From Octopus sinensis (taxonomy: Eukaryota): a stretch of 64,000 bases of DNA. Position numbers and translations under genes: made by a program. The notes under the pieces are model-generated. The model was not told where the DNA came from, did not search any database, and saw nothing but the letters and a program-made list of their open reading frames with translations. Shown piece by piece: positions 26,409-41,950 of this stretch. The stretch covers positions 5,171 through 69,170 of the forward strand of contig NW_021837032.1 in NCBI RefSeq assembly GCF_006345805.1, in the 5' to 3' direction. The first letter of the stretch is position 1. The number at the start of each line of letters is the position of its first letter.

Positions 26409-26944
26409 ATATAGGTATGTATTTCTCAAATAGAAAAAGCGTAACGGGGTCTGGGAACAGAATACTTTAACTACAGGTAGATCATGTCGACCAGCTTCTG
26501 CACAGTCACCGTGTGCCCAATGTCCCTGCCCTGTGTTAACCAGTTGACCATGTCCCTTAGTGGCTGATGATATGTGCATCTCTGATCACGAGCAGAAGTT
26601 GTGGGAGAGCATCATAGCCATGTGTTGAGAGGGATTCTTTGGGGTTTGAATAATTTACCTTTTGGAACATCGGTGTTTCGTCCAACATCCTTAAACAACC
26701 CTTATTCAAGGACTCTTAGAGGGGGATGGGTCACTCGACTTGAAAAAAATTCTAACTGAGCCCCCACCTGCAAGATCATGCACTGTTTATTTTGATATAA
26801 GAACACCACGTCGCACACATGGTTGTGATGCATGTGCCTGGTGTACCCTTATCAGACGGGTAGTCATGATGGGTATACTGGGCTTCGTATATTTTACGCC
26901 AGGATGGTATGCACTGCTCTCTCACTCAATAATAATAATAATAA

Positions 26945-27490
26945 AAATAGTTTTAAACTTTGGCACAAGTGCAGAAATTTTTAAGGGAGCGGAATGAGTC
27001 GATTACATTTACCCTAGTACTTGACTGGTACTTAATTTCTCGACCTCGAAAGGATGAAAGGCAAAGTCGACTTCGGCGAAATTTGAACTCAGAACGTAAC
27101 AGCAGACGAAATACCTATTTCTTTATTCCCCACAAGGAGCTAAACACAGAGAGGACAGACAAACGGATTAAGTCGATTATATCGACCCCAGTGCATAACT
27201 GGTACTTAATTTATCGACCCCGACTCGGCGGAATTTGAACTCACAACGTAACGGCAGACGAAATACCTATTTCTTTATTACCCACAAGGGGCTAAATATA
27301 GAGGGGATAAACAAGGACAGACATAGGTATTAAGTCAATTATATCGACCTCAGTGTGTAACTGGTACTTAATTTATCGACCCCGAAAGGATGAAAGGCAA
27401 AGTTGACCTCGGCGGAATTTGAACTCACAATGTAACGGCAGACGAAATACCGCTAAGGATTTCACCCGGCGTGCTAACGTTTCTGCCAGC
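26945..27490 (-). mobile_element. SINE-A concatemer
   Basis: Three to four units joined at gacgaaatacc|tatttctttatt. Confidence 0.85.
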
Positions 27491-29029
27491 TCGCTGTCCT
27501 GAATAATAATAATGATAATGATGATGATGATGATGATGATGATGATAACAACAGCAACAACAACAACAATGTATTCATTTAATTATTCATTCTTTAATTT
27601 AAAATCTAAAGTGCTTCATTATTTATGATTCAGTAGATAATCAAGATTATTACCCACTTAAGTATTAATCATCCTTTTACTTATCTCTTCATTAATCTAT
27701 GGACTTTTCAATTCCCACCTACTTCCATTTATTCATTTACTTAAGCACTAAACTTTAACTCTTACTTCTACAATGATATATGTTCTTCACACTTCTATTT
27801 GGAACACTGTTCTCATGTTATGACCTTGCTGGGATATCTTATTTCGTTCTTATTCTTGCAACAAAGCCATTAACAATCCTTCAGCCGAATCTACTTCAAT
27901 CTCTTTGTTGTTGCGCTTCTGGTGTCCCTTACTTTGCTTGCCTCCTACGTCTGACCACTGCTGCTACCCTATCAGTTTTTAATTCCGAAGAACCAATTCT
28001 CTTCGTCAAATTCGAGGCGAAGATAAAAGAGCCTAGGTGTGTACAAGATATCGTTTTGTATATATATATATATAATATATATATATATATATAGACAACA
28101 AACAGATGTATTAGTATCACTCTCGAGAAGTTAAAAAGTCTTTAACATTTCGAGCCTACGCTCTTCCACAGAAAGGAACACAGGAAAGAAACAAGGAGAG
28201 AAAATAAAGAATGTGTAGTGGCTAGCGATCTATCATAGATACACACATACACATATATAAAACATGATTTTAGACTACATAATATTAGCGATAAATCAAG
28301 AACGGTGTGTATTTTAAGTAAAAGGAAGAGGTTTTTCACTTTATAAAAGGGGGAAATGTATCGGGATGATAGCAAATGTTTTCCTAAAAGCATTTCGCCG
28401 GCCATGCTAACGATTCTGCCAGCAATACCGAAAGCCTCGCATGGACGTTAATAAATATTTAAACTTTACCGTGTATCTTGGGTACGTTTCTTTTCACCCT
28501 CGTAAACGCAAATGCTCATACGGTGTGCGAACCTGCGTGCGTATGTAAAGTCTGTGCCCGCGTGTGTGGATGCACGCAAGTATGCATGTATGCAGTTATG
28601 TATGTATGTATGTATGCAGATATGCATGTATGTATGCGTGTATGTATGTGTGCATATAGGTAGGTATGACGGTAGGAGTACATCAAATTCTGCAAGTGAG
28701 AACTATAGACTTGCCGCCACAAATAGCAGGAACATTCGCAGACAGTGCCGAAATAAAATCATTTTTGGTCTTTTGTTTGTTTTTTGCTTCTATTTTCGTT
28801 TTTATACCAATTATTGACATCAGCAGAGAAAGAGATGAGATGAGATGAGAAGATGAGAAGAAAAGCAGAGCGGGGAAGGCGAAGAGGTGGAGAAGGAGTG
28901 AGAAAGGATGATGGAAGTTGAAGAACGAGGAAGAATGAAAGTTAGATGTGTGGAAGAGATAGAAAGGGAAGAGCATAAAGAGAGACTAAGAGTGCGTTGG
29001 TGGTGGGGGGGGAGAAGCGTAAAGGATGA

Positions 29030-30492
<1,463 letters not shown>

Positions 30493-30944
30493 TGAGAGAG
30501 GGGTAGAGGGAGAGTGGAAGAAAGAGAGAGAGACACAGAGAGAGAGAGAGGGAAATGTGGAATCCAATGTTACATGATAAGGAATAAAGTGTTAAGTAGG
30601 GAAGAATTCCTGCCGTAAATTTTGAAGATTTTCCATAAATCCTATGGAAACATTTCAAGTTTGGTTGTCTGGAATTTCGTTATTTCATGTAATTCTTATT
30701 GTATTATCTTTGGATGTTTTTCTTTGGATTTTTTTATCCTTGTTGTTTTGTTGGGTTTTTTTTTTTGCTTTTGTTTGTTCTTTTATTTGTTAGTTTTTTT
30801 TTTCCTAATATCTACTTCATACCGTATCGTACGTTCGTAGTCGTTGACCGTGTGTGTCTGACGAATTTTGATCGTTTTATCGGCATTCCAGCCGTGACCA
30901 TCTCGCCTATTCTTTTTTTTTTTTGCCCCGTATATGTATTTCTT

Positions 30945-31170
30945 TATTGCCCACAAGGGGCTAAACACAGAGAGGACAAACAAGGACAGACAAAGGGATT
31001 AAGTCGATTACATCGACCCCAGTGCGTAACTGGTACTTATTTAATCGACCCCGAAAGGATGAAAGGCAAAGTCGACCTCGGCGGAATTTGAACTCAGAAC
31101 GTAGCGGCAGACGAAATACCGCAAAGCATTTCGCCCGGCGTGCTAACGATTCTGCCAGCTCGCCGCCTTT
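30945..31170 (-). mobile_element. SINE family A, near-consensus full copy
   Basis: Head ggcggcgagctggcagaatcgttagcacgccgggcgaaatg and B-box gagttcaaattcc, through to the aataaagaaat tail. Confidence 0.9.
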
Positions 31171-31719
31171 GTATATTTGCCCCGTATATGGCTGTGTGGT
31201 TAAGAGATTCGCTTTGCAACCAACCACGTAGTTTGGAGTTCGGTCCCACTGCGCGACACCTTGGGTAAGGGTCATCAACTTATAGGACCGAGTTGACCAA
31301 TGGGTCGTGATCGAATTTGATGGACGGAAGCTCTGTGGAACCATGACGTATACGTATCTGTATGTGCACCAATGTGTTTGCGCTTGTTCCCTCCCCCACT
31401 GCATAATAACCGGTGTTGGCAGGCTTACGACCCCCGTAATTTGTAGTTCGGCCCAGAGTAAGTATCACACATGAAAATAAATAATGGAGTAGATTTATTT
31501 GACTAAACCCGTTAAGGCGGTGCTACAGCATAGCCGTGGTCTAAGGACTGAAACAAGTGAAAGATAAGTTATATATTCAGGGCTAATTTATGCAGTATAT
31601 TCATCTATTTTAAAGACGTTAGTGGGAAATTTGAGGGAGATTTAGCTGCAAATTCTTGCAGGTCTAATGACAGCACGAAGGTCTTTTCATTGATTCATTA
31701 ATATATTCTCAAAAACAAG

Positions 31720-32090
31720 GCAGTGAGCTGGCAGAAACGTTAGCACGCCGGGCGAAATGCTTTGCGGTATTTCGTCTGCTGTTACGTTGTGAGTTGAAGT
31801 TCCGCTGAGGTCGACTTTGCCTTTCATCCTTTCGGGGTCGATAAATTAAGTACCAGTTACGCACTGGGGTCGATGTAATCGATTTAATACCTATGTCTGT
31901 CCTTGTTTGTCCCCTCTATGTTTAGCGCCTTGTGGGTAATAAAGAAATAGGTATTTCGTCTGTCTTTACGTTCTGAGTTCAATTTCCTCCGAGGTCGACT
32001 TAACCTTTCGTCCTTTCGGGAACACTGTATCTATCTAATTGACTGGCCCCTTCCACCAAATTTCTGGCCTTGCGCCTAGAGTAGAAAAGA
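31720..32090 (+). mobile_element. SINE-A dimer
   Basis: Full unit plus a second unit starting at aaagaaata|ggtatttcgtctg. Confidence 0.85.
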
Positions 32091-32387
32091 ATATATTCTC
32101 TAAAATACGTTGAGTTCGTTGGCCAAACTCATATACAGTATTATGTATCCACTTAGTGATTCAAATATCACTACTTCGATGAGTACAGTGAAGTTTATAT
32201 TTTGTTGAGTAACTTTAATAATATCGAAACATGTCTGTCACTGTCTCTCAAACTTGCAGGAAGACAAAATCAAAATAATATCAGCCAGTATATTTAATTA
32301 TGTGACCATTGTGTGTGTGGATACATACATACATATATATATAATATGAGTTAGATGATATATATATATATATATTCTATATATATA

Positions 32388-32432
<45 letters not shown>

Positions 32433-33050
32433 TTACCCGTTTATGTTTAAAATTTACCAGCAAATGGCGGGGTTTTGCTATGATGTAACCTAAGAATGCA
32501 TCACCAAAAGGCTGTCGAAACAGCTGTTGGGAATTTTGAACATCACTTATGTTCTTTAGATAGTTAGATAGATAGACAGATGGATGGATGGATGGATGGA
32601 TGGATGGATGGATGGATAGAGGGATGGATGGATGGATGGATGGATGGATGGATGAATAGATTTGTGTGTATAAATATATGAATTAATATATATGTATATG
32701 TATCTGAGCATTCATACACACGCACACGTGCGCATATATGGTACCAATCAAAAGTAAAAAGACTCAACAGGATAAAGTAGAGCATAATAATTTTGGTCGC
32801 GCTTTCCTATGTGTCGAGTTGTGTTCATTCCACCAGTAGTCCAGCCTTGGAGGGAGACTGTTTGTAGCTACCAAATATATTCATTTGAATAGTGCCGTAC
32901 GTCCAAGACGAATGGTATGGTCATAAAACTGAAGCTAAGTTAGCGTCCCTCACATTTCCGGCAAGTATGTGTTTGTAACCATTCACACGTATATTTATTT
33001 GGGCTTATGTATGTGTGTGTATAAAGCGTATGTAGGTATGTAGCTATATG

Positions 33051-33119
<69 letters not shown>

Positions 33120-34442
33120 CAAGAACAATCTTACTTAGAAAGGGATGCGTGCGTTCCGTCATATAATATATAATAAATAAAACATATGCATATATACATA
33201 CATATATGTACGTACCTACCTCTACATGTACATATACACACATATATGAGTACAGGACACCAAAAAAACGTCGAACACAATGAGAAACGAAAACATAGAC
33301 ACAAACCCAAGTAACTGGACATTTTTCTTAAACAACAACAAAAATAGAGTACAGGACAAATAACACAAGGAAAAAACCCCTTCTTCAGTCGCCATGGTTT
33401 CATCTACTTTACGTTTCGAAGGTTATATATATATATATATGCATGTATGTGTGTACTTACGTCTTAGCATTTGAAATATAAATGGAAATTTGTATGAGTA
33501 GGCATACACACGTGCACGCCCACATACGCCAGTCATAGATTTACAGACGCACACAGACACACATGTATGTGAGTGTATATGTATTTATGTATGTATGTAT
33601 GTATGGTTTTATGTATGTATGCATGTATGTATGTATACGTATATACACACACATACATGTATACATATCAGATGATATTTACAAAGTAGGAGATTATGCA
33701 CGCATGCCTGGATGTTCTTGTCTACTGTCTGTGTACAGTCATGCTTGAAGGTGTATATGTATATACAAATATACATACATACATACATACACACACCTCC
33801 TCACACACACACCTCCCCACACACACACATAGGTACAAACATATATATGCATATATATATATATATATTATATATATATATATAATATATATTAGATATA
33901 CATACATATATACAGACATATACATGCATATATAAAAACTGATAGTGTGTGTATGGTTTACAAGCATACATATGCATATATACATATACATATATACACA
34001 CGCGCGCAGACATGGGGTGCACTTGCATACCTATAGGCGCACGCACATACACACCGCTATTTATTAACTTGGCGTTGCCTTTATATTTTATGGAAGCCAA
34101 TTTCAAATTTGCTTCTTTACCCTTTTGTTTTTGTTTTTTTTTTTTTGTTTTATTTGCTTTTTTGGATGGGGGAAGGCGAGGGTGGTCGCTGGCTGTTTCT
34201 TGTGTATTTTCGCATATTCGGCCTACTTGGAGCCAAGTGCCGAGAAGTTTTAAGTCTCTATTTATGTGGTTTCCATTTTCCAACGAAGTTATTTCATTTG
34301 TATTTTCGGCACTAAATACTTGATAGCAAGGAATGTTAGGACACCCTTTGTGCCGCCCTGCATCGAAGAGAAACTCAAGGAGGATCTCTGAGACGCATGT
34401 GACTGAACGTGCAACGAATCTTGGCCCACACACAGTCTATCA

Positions 34443-34476
<34 letters not shown>

Positions 34477-34498
34477 CCCCCTCTCTCTCTATATATAT

Positions 34499-34557
<59 letters not shown>

Positions 34558-34617
34558 TCTTTCTCTCTATTTTCTCGCGCGCTCTCTCTCTATATATATA
34601 TACATATATATATACAT

Positions 34618-34666
<49 letters not shown>

Positions 34667-34982
34667 TCTCACTCTCTCTCTCTATATATATATATCTTTC
34701 TCTTTTCTCTCTCTCTCTCTCTCTCTCTCCCCCCCCCCCCCCAGCCAGAGGCTCTAAAAGAACGTCGTAGCATTGGTTAGAGCTTCACATATCGTTAAAT
34801 AACAAAATGCACTTTATGGTAATTGATCAGTTACTTAGCATAACTGACTGGGTTATAACAATATATACAGGTATCATATATTAACTTGAACTAATATGCG
34901 CCATAGAGTCGAAGCATAGAAGTAATGCAACACGAATGTTGTAACAATGCGATTTTTTTTTAATTATTATAAGTATATATTA

Positions 34983-36038
34983 TACGAGGCTAAGATAAAA
35001 ATTATTACTCTTTACTCTTTACTCTTTTACTTGTTTCAGTCATTTGACTGCGGCCATGCTGGAGCACCGCCTTTAGTCGAGGAAATCGACCCCGGGACTT
35101 ATTCTTTGTAAGCCCAGTACTTATTCTATCGGTCTCTTTCGCCGAACCGCTAAGTTACGGCGACGTAACCACACCAGCATCGGTTGTCAAGCAATGCTAG
35201 GGAGACAAACACAGATACACAAACAGACACACACATACATATATATATACATATATACGACAGGCTTCTTTCAGTTTCCGTCTACCAAATCCACTCACAA
35301 GGCTTTGGTCGGCCCGGGGCTATAGCAGAAGACACTTGCCCAAGGTGCCACACAGTGGGACTGAACCCGGAACCATGTGGTTCGTAAGCAAGCTACTTAC
35401 CACACAGCCACTCCTGCGCCTATACGTACTCTTGTTTCTGTAATTTATTACACTAAAAACAACAGATTCGCAGTCGCATCATTTTCAGCATCGGCTCCTT
35501 GCTTTTTGATGCACGTCTTCCAGTGGTCTACTAGCTTCCTTATTCCATCGGTGAAGAAAGCTTCCAGCTGGAAACGCAGCCATTTTGCACACCGCTTTCT
35601 GCGCTTTCTCGTCAGCAGCAAATCGACGACTCGTAAAGGATGTTTGAGCGATCCAAAGAGGTGACAGTCGGAAGAGTCGAGATCTGGACTGTAAGCAGAG
35701 CATTCCATCAACTTGAAAAACCCAATTTCTCAATGATTTAAACGGCGGGAGCAGCCGTATGTGGGCGTACATTGTCGTGCAAGCATAGCGCTTGCTTTGA
35801 CAATAGACATCGGCGTTTGATACTCTTTACTCTTTTTACTTGTTTCAGCCATGTGACTGTATCCATGCTGGAGCACCGTCTTTAATCGAGCAACTCGACC
35901 CCGGGACTTATTCTTTTGTAAGCCCAGTACTCATTCTATCGGTCTCTTTTGCCGAACCGCTAAGTAACGGGGACATAAGCACACCAGCATCGGTTGTCAA
36001 GCAATGCTAGGGGGACAAACACAGACACACAAACACAC

Positions 36039-36091
<53 letters not shown>

Positions 36092-36837
36092 CGATGGGCT
36101 TCTTTCAGTTTCCGTCTACCAAATCCACTCACAAGGCTTTGGTCGGCCCGAGGCTATAGTAGAAGACACTTGCCCAAGGTGCCACGCAGTGGGACTGAAC
36201 CCGGAACCATGTGGTTGGTAAACAAGCTACTTACCACACAGCCACTCCTGCGCTGATGCGTATTATTGGTTTCAGTTTTGTTGGCCAGCATTTCACTGCA
36301 GCCTACACTGGTGGTTCTATGCTCCTTTTCAGGTAAAGTTCCAGTATAGACCCTTTTACGTTTTAATAAACAGTTAACACCTCTTTTTCTGCGGAAGGTT
36401 GAGTTGTAAGTTTCTTTTTCGTTGGCGATTCATGATGCTTCCACCCTTTACTCTGCCTTTTGGATTCTGGCTCAAATTTATGAACTCAGATCTCGTCTCC
36501 CGTTATTCTTCTCTCCAATAGAGCTTTGCCTTCACATTCTTGTAGCGGTCGAGCAACCTTTGACAGATCAGACGACTGCCCTTATGCAAATCCTTTGCTC
36601 ACATAGCACCCTTCTCGCACAAACTATACGGAAGTAAAACTTGTAGACGATACAGAACCATGACTGGAGTGGCTGTGTGGTAAGTAGCTTGCTAACCAAC
36701 CACATGGTTCCGGGTTCAGTCCCACTGCGTGGCATCTTGGGCAAGTGTCTTCTGCTACAGCCTCGGGCCGACCAAAGCCCTGTGAGTGGATTTGGTAGAC
36801 GGAAATTGAAAGAAGCCTGTCGTATATATATATATAT

Positions 36838-36913
<76 letters not shown>

Positions 36914-37595
36914 GCGTGTATGTTTTTGTGTGTCTGTGTTTGTTCCCCTGGCATTGCTTGACAACCGATGCTGGTGTGTTTATGTCCCCGTTACTTAGCG
37001 GTTCGGCAAAAGAGACCGATAGAATAAGTACTGGGCTTACAAAGAATAAGTCCCGGGGTCGATTTGCTCGACCAAAGGCGGTACTCCAGCATGGCCGCAG
37101 TCAAATGACTGAAACAAGTAAAAGAGAAAGAGAAAAAGAGAGAATGACTAATTTGCAGAGAACATGCCACTTCATCGATGGTCGCTTGTTGGTTCGCCAG
37201 AAACATTGCTTCATCTGGTTGAATTTTCACATCAGTGGTGGAGGTTGATGGGTACCCTGCTCCCTCTTCATGCTTCACGCTTGTATAGTCATTTTTAAAC
37301 ATCCCGATCCCCTTATATACGTATATACGTTTGTAAGAGGTAGATCTGAAGGTGTGCCACTGACACACCTGCAGATCAGAGAAATTAGATCACTGATCTC
37401 TGTTCTTCCTTGGTGCAAACTGCCAGCGAAGTGATCGTGTTTTCAACATAGTCTCCTGGAGCGATCATAGCCAAACGTCGGTTACATAACAACAAGAGTA
37501 CCGCCTTTTAACACGCGAGCGCTGAATGACGTGCGACCCAGCTTAAGGAAAGTTTTGGCGAAAGTGCAGATAATTTTTTTCATTTCTCCTATTAT
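34983..37595 (-). mobile_element. Decayed mariner element interrupted by three SINE-B insertions (35006-35420, 35820-36253, 36666-37143)
   Basis: Collinear remnants: TIDEVACSLQIS|HGS, RITGDEI*VHKFEPESKRQS, LHDNVRPHTAA and SAYSPDLDSSDCHLFGSLKH (ORF 35448..35711). TIR-like tacgaggc at 34983, with a degenerate partner near 37570-37595. Confidence 0.78.
36666..37143 (+). mobile_element. SINE family B with ATGACT target-site duplication
   Basis: ATGACT at 36660-36665 and 37144-37149 flanks the copy, and the mariner sequence rejoins across it. Confidence 0.88.
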
Positions 37596-38747
37596 ATGGT
37601 ATATGCTTTTGTCCCTCATTGTAAGGCCGCCTGTCGATCTGATGTTTCCACAGAGAAATAATTTCATTAATCAAAGCATGAAAAATTTTAGTGCTTCTGA
37701 AGTGACTTCCCCAAAGAGTTGCTACGAAATGATTGAGCAAAGTGTTGAGACAGATTTCAACATTGCTAAGATCATCTTGAACGTATGCTTTATGCAGCTT
37801 TGAATGCATCACCAAAATGCTGTCGAAACAGCTGTTGGGGATTTTGAACATCACTTATGTTCTTTAGATAGTTAGATAGATAGACGGATGGACAGATGGA
37901 TAGAGGGATGGATGGATGGATGGATGGATGGATGGATGGATGGATGGATGGATGGATGGATGAATAGATTTGTGTGTATAAATATATGAATTAATATATT
38001 AGGCCTGAACTAATAAATAGCAGACGTGTCTCAATTTGGTTCTAACTGGATTAAACTGTAGTTTACAAAGACTATACATAGAATCACTATATACATACCA
38101 ACGATCTACTGACGCTATTTTAGGAGGAAACTGACTTAAGAAACTACAATATTTTCACATACATATACTTACACATGCATGTGTGTGTAGGTGTGTGTGT
38201 GTGTGTGTGCGCGCGTAGTATGAATTACTTGAGACATATCTAGGCATCAGATGATGTTTATAAATGAGCATCATCTTCATCATCATTATCCTCCTCCTCA
38301 TCATCATCATCATCATCATACAAGCGAGGTTGCTCGTTTCCGACCCTCTGTGAAAAACATATCGGACCATGGAGAAATATTACTTTGTTCGGAAACCGAT
38401 GTGAGTTGGCGGCAAGAAGTGCATCCTTCGGTGGGAAATCTGCCTCAACAATGATGATGATGATGATGATGATGATGTAGAGAGGACATGATGTGAAAGG
38501 GAGAAAACTGCATTATCTAAATAGAGTCTCCAGTATAGGCACGGTTATTGCTACTCTACATTTCACCATGAACAACACACGGAGATATTGTTCCAAGAGA
38601 AACTTCAGATAATCCTTTAATACGGACCGTGTCAATTTTACTTCAAACACGCCTATAAGTGGCTTCTTTCCGCCGTGGGCGATATAATGCAAGGAGGAAT
38701 ATCAATGGCTGACATACTTAACCACCTGTAATGCAAAATCTAAAATA

Positions 38748-40150
38748 TACAAGATGGGTGGAGAGTAACAATGTAGTAGAAATTGTTTATAGAATTTTTA
38801 GTATCACTGAAGGTATCATGAAATTGGTTTTTAAATGGCACAGGAGTGGCTGTGTGGTAAGTAGCTTGTGAGTGGATTTTGTAGACGGAAACACGGAAAC
38901 TGAAAGAAGCCCGTCGTATATATGTATGTATATATGTGTGTGTGTGTGTGTGTGTGTTTGTCCCCCCAACATCGCTTGACAACTGGTGCTGGTGTGTTTA
39001 CGTCCCCGTAACTTAGCGGTTCGGCAAAAAAGACCGATAGAATAAGTACTAGGCTTACAAAGAATAAGTCCTGGGGTCGATTTGCTCGACTAAAGGCGGT
39101 GCTCCAGCATGGCCGCAGTCAAAATGACTGAAACAAGTAAAAGAGTAAAAGAGTTAACGAGAAACAGACAACACTAATGGGGATTTTTTAATTTTTTTTT
39201 TTATTGTCTTATTTCTTGTTTTCCAGATGGCCGGTCACTTGACTGGTGAGGAGCGAGCTAAGAGAGCAGCACGCTATGGAGTGTGGAATTCCATTGTTTC
39301 GGTTCAGAGATGGTGGCGTGCATGGAAAGGTTAGCATGCAACAATAAAAAGTTGTCGTGCAAAGCTGATGACCACAGGCTCTGTGAATGATGGAAGAAGA
39401 AGTGGCCGTCCGACCACATCCCGATCAGCGGAGAACGTGACAACAGTGCAGGAAATGTTTAGTCGCAGCCTACGAAAATCAATATGGCAAGCAGCTTGTG
39501 AAAGTGGACTAACAAGACACACAATACGTACGGTGTTGCAGAAAGAATTGAATTTTCGTCCATAGAAACACCATTGTGTGCATGAGCTAAAACCTGAAGA
39601 CTGCGAGCGCAGTATGGAATATGGAATGGCCTCCAAGAAGTCCAGATCTCACTCCTTGTGACTTTTACACATGGGTTTACACAGAAGAGGAGGTGTTGCA
39701 TAAAGAATTGAATTTTCGTCCATGGAAACACCATTGTGTGCATGAGCTAAAACCTGAAGACTGCGAGCGCAGTATGGAATATGGAATGGCCTCCAAGAAG
39801 TTCAGATCTCACTCCTTGTGATTTTTACACATGGGGTTACACAAAAGAGGAGGTGTACAAGACAAAACCTCACACACTGGGAGACTTGAAGACACGGATT
39901 CAGGAGGTTCTTAATGATATCCTAGATGGCATCCTTCAGAAGGTTGTTCAATCTCCACTCCTGGCCGTTTTAGGAAACTGGTTGACGCCATGGCACCAGT
40001 GCTTACGTTGAAATATGAAGACTTACTTATGAAGACTTACTTTCATTTTCTCATGTAATAAATAACATGTATCGTTTGTTTCAATAAATTTGTAAAAGGA
40101 ATATGTATTTTATTATCAATTTTTAAGGCCTACTTACTTTTCACCCACCC
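38748..40150 (+). mobile_element. Internally deleted Tc1/mariner-superfamily element with ~160-bp tandem duplication; SINE-B inserted at ~38840-39155
   Basis: HTH remnant GSVNDGRRSGRPTTSRSAENVTTVQEMFSRS and twice MEWPPRSPDLTPCDF. TIR-like cacccaccctgt at ~40142-40153, with a degenerate partner tacaagatgggtgg at ~38748. Confidence 0.78.
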
Positions 40151-40269
40151 TGTTTATATAGAAAAGTCTTTAATTTGATTTCTTCATTGAATATTAAAAA
40201 ATGAAACCAGTTATTTAGAAGCTGTTGGGCTGTGAAGGGATCAAACTGTGTAGTTAAATGGTTTGGAGT

Positions 40270-40602
40270 CACGTAAGAAGTTCTATGATAGTATACTGTT
40301 TGTTTGTTCCTTCTCGATCCATGCCTGGCTCATAAGGGCCGGTTTCCCGGTTTCTTGGCGTATAGGTTCCCCTCCTGGACGGGACGCCGGTCCATCGTAG
40401 GTGAGCTGCAAGATGCAGGAAGAAAGAGTGAGAGAAAGTTGTGGCGAAAGAGTCAGCAGAGGTTTCGCCATTACCTTCTGCCGGGGCTGCGTGAAGCTTA
40501 GGTGTTTCGCTCATAAACACACACATCGCCCGGTCTGAGATTCGAACCCGCGATCCCTCGACCGCGAGTCCGCTGCTCTAACCACTAGGCCATGTGCCTC
40601 CA
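40270..40602 (-). mobile_element. SINE family C, tail type 3
   Basis: Same head and body, then cttgcagctcacctacgatggaccggcgtcccgtccagg...aacaaacaaac. Confidence 0.82.
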
Positions 40603-41464
40603 CTTATAGTATACTGTAATTGTTCTTCTATAACAGTACGCACATTATGTGACTATACGAGTTCTTTGAATTTCTGGCAGCATAATAAGCGTGTTGAAAG
40701 TCGATTACGAGTCGCCAAAGGTGTATCATTTTTATGTGGTTATAATAATTCTGTTGGAGCGGAAGCTTTCCAAAATCTCAGCAAATACTTGTCGAATTAT
40801 CAGCATCTGCCAAAAAGTCCCAATTGTCTGTTTAAATATTTAGACGAGGCTAAATACAGTTTAATATGATAGTCTATTTTGTGAGGCATAATTGACGTTG
40901 TCTTGTACCATCAACGTATCGTCTGCTTCGTCTTCGGATTTTGTATGTTATTTGATAAGCAATATATTTCTCCTCCAGCTTCAAATATAATTAGAAAAGG
41001 CTGTTGTTTTCTGTTATCGATACGTCTGAAGGAAGCACTGCGGTAGGTGTATAGTGTCTCGAATTTTCCCACTACTATTCTAATGTAACATTCGCTATCG
41101 GCTGATCCGTTTGAGTTTATAGAAAGAAACATTTTATGGACATAAGCCATTCATAAACTGATTCCTTGATTTTTCCATACTCATCGAGTGAACATCTTGC
41201 TATGGGAGATCTTTCTTGTTTATAAGTTATGATGCTTTCATATTTAGAGTGCCATAATAACTCGTTTTCAAACCGCTTGTTAAAAATTACCCTAAAGCTT
41301 TAAGGGGTAAGAAAGTGTATAATCTACTAATACTATCTTTAATGAAAATAGGCTTGTAAATCATACAGTATTTTGAAGGACTATTCTTAGTTCGGGGTAG
41401 ATAATATCTAGTTTAATCTTTGAAACTGCAATTTACTAGAACACTTTTGTGAAATGGAGCTATG

Positions 41465-41629
41465 CGTAGGAGTGGCTGTGTGGTAAGAAGCTTGCTTACC
41501 AACCACATGGTTCCGGGTTCAGTCCCGCTACGTGGCACCTTGGGCAAGTGTCTTCTACTATAGCCTCGGGCCGACCAAAGCCTTGTGAGTGGATTTGGTA
41601 GACGGAAACTGAAAGAAGCCCGTCGTATA

Positions 41630-41720
<91 letters not shown>

Positions 41721-41950
41721 TTGTTTGTGTGCATATATTGTGTGTCTGTGTTTGTCCCCCCAACATCGCTTGACAACCAATGCTGGTGTGTTGACGTCCC
41801 CGTAAACTTAGCGGTTCGGCAAAAAAGAGACCGATAGAATAAGTACTAGGCTTACAAAGAATAAGTCCTGGTGTCGACTTGCTCGACTAAAGGTGGTGCT
41901 CCAGCATGGCCGCAGTCAAATGACTGAAACAAGTAAAAGAGTAAAAGAGT
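41465..41950 (+). mobile_element. SINE family B
   Basis: Full consensus with internal (TA)n(TG)n. Confidence 0.88.
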
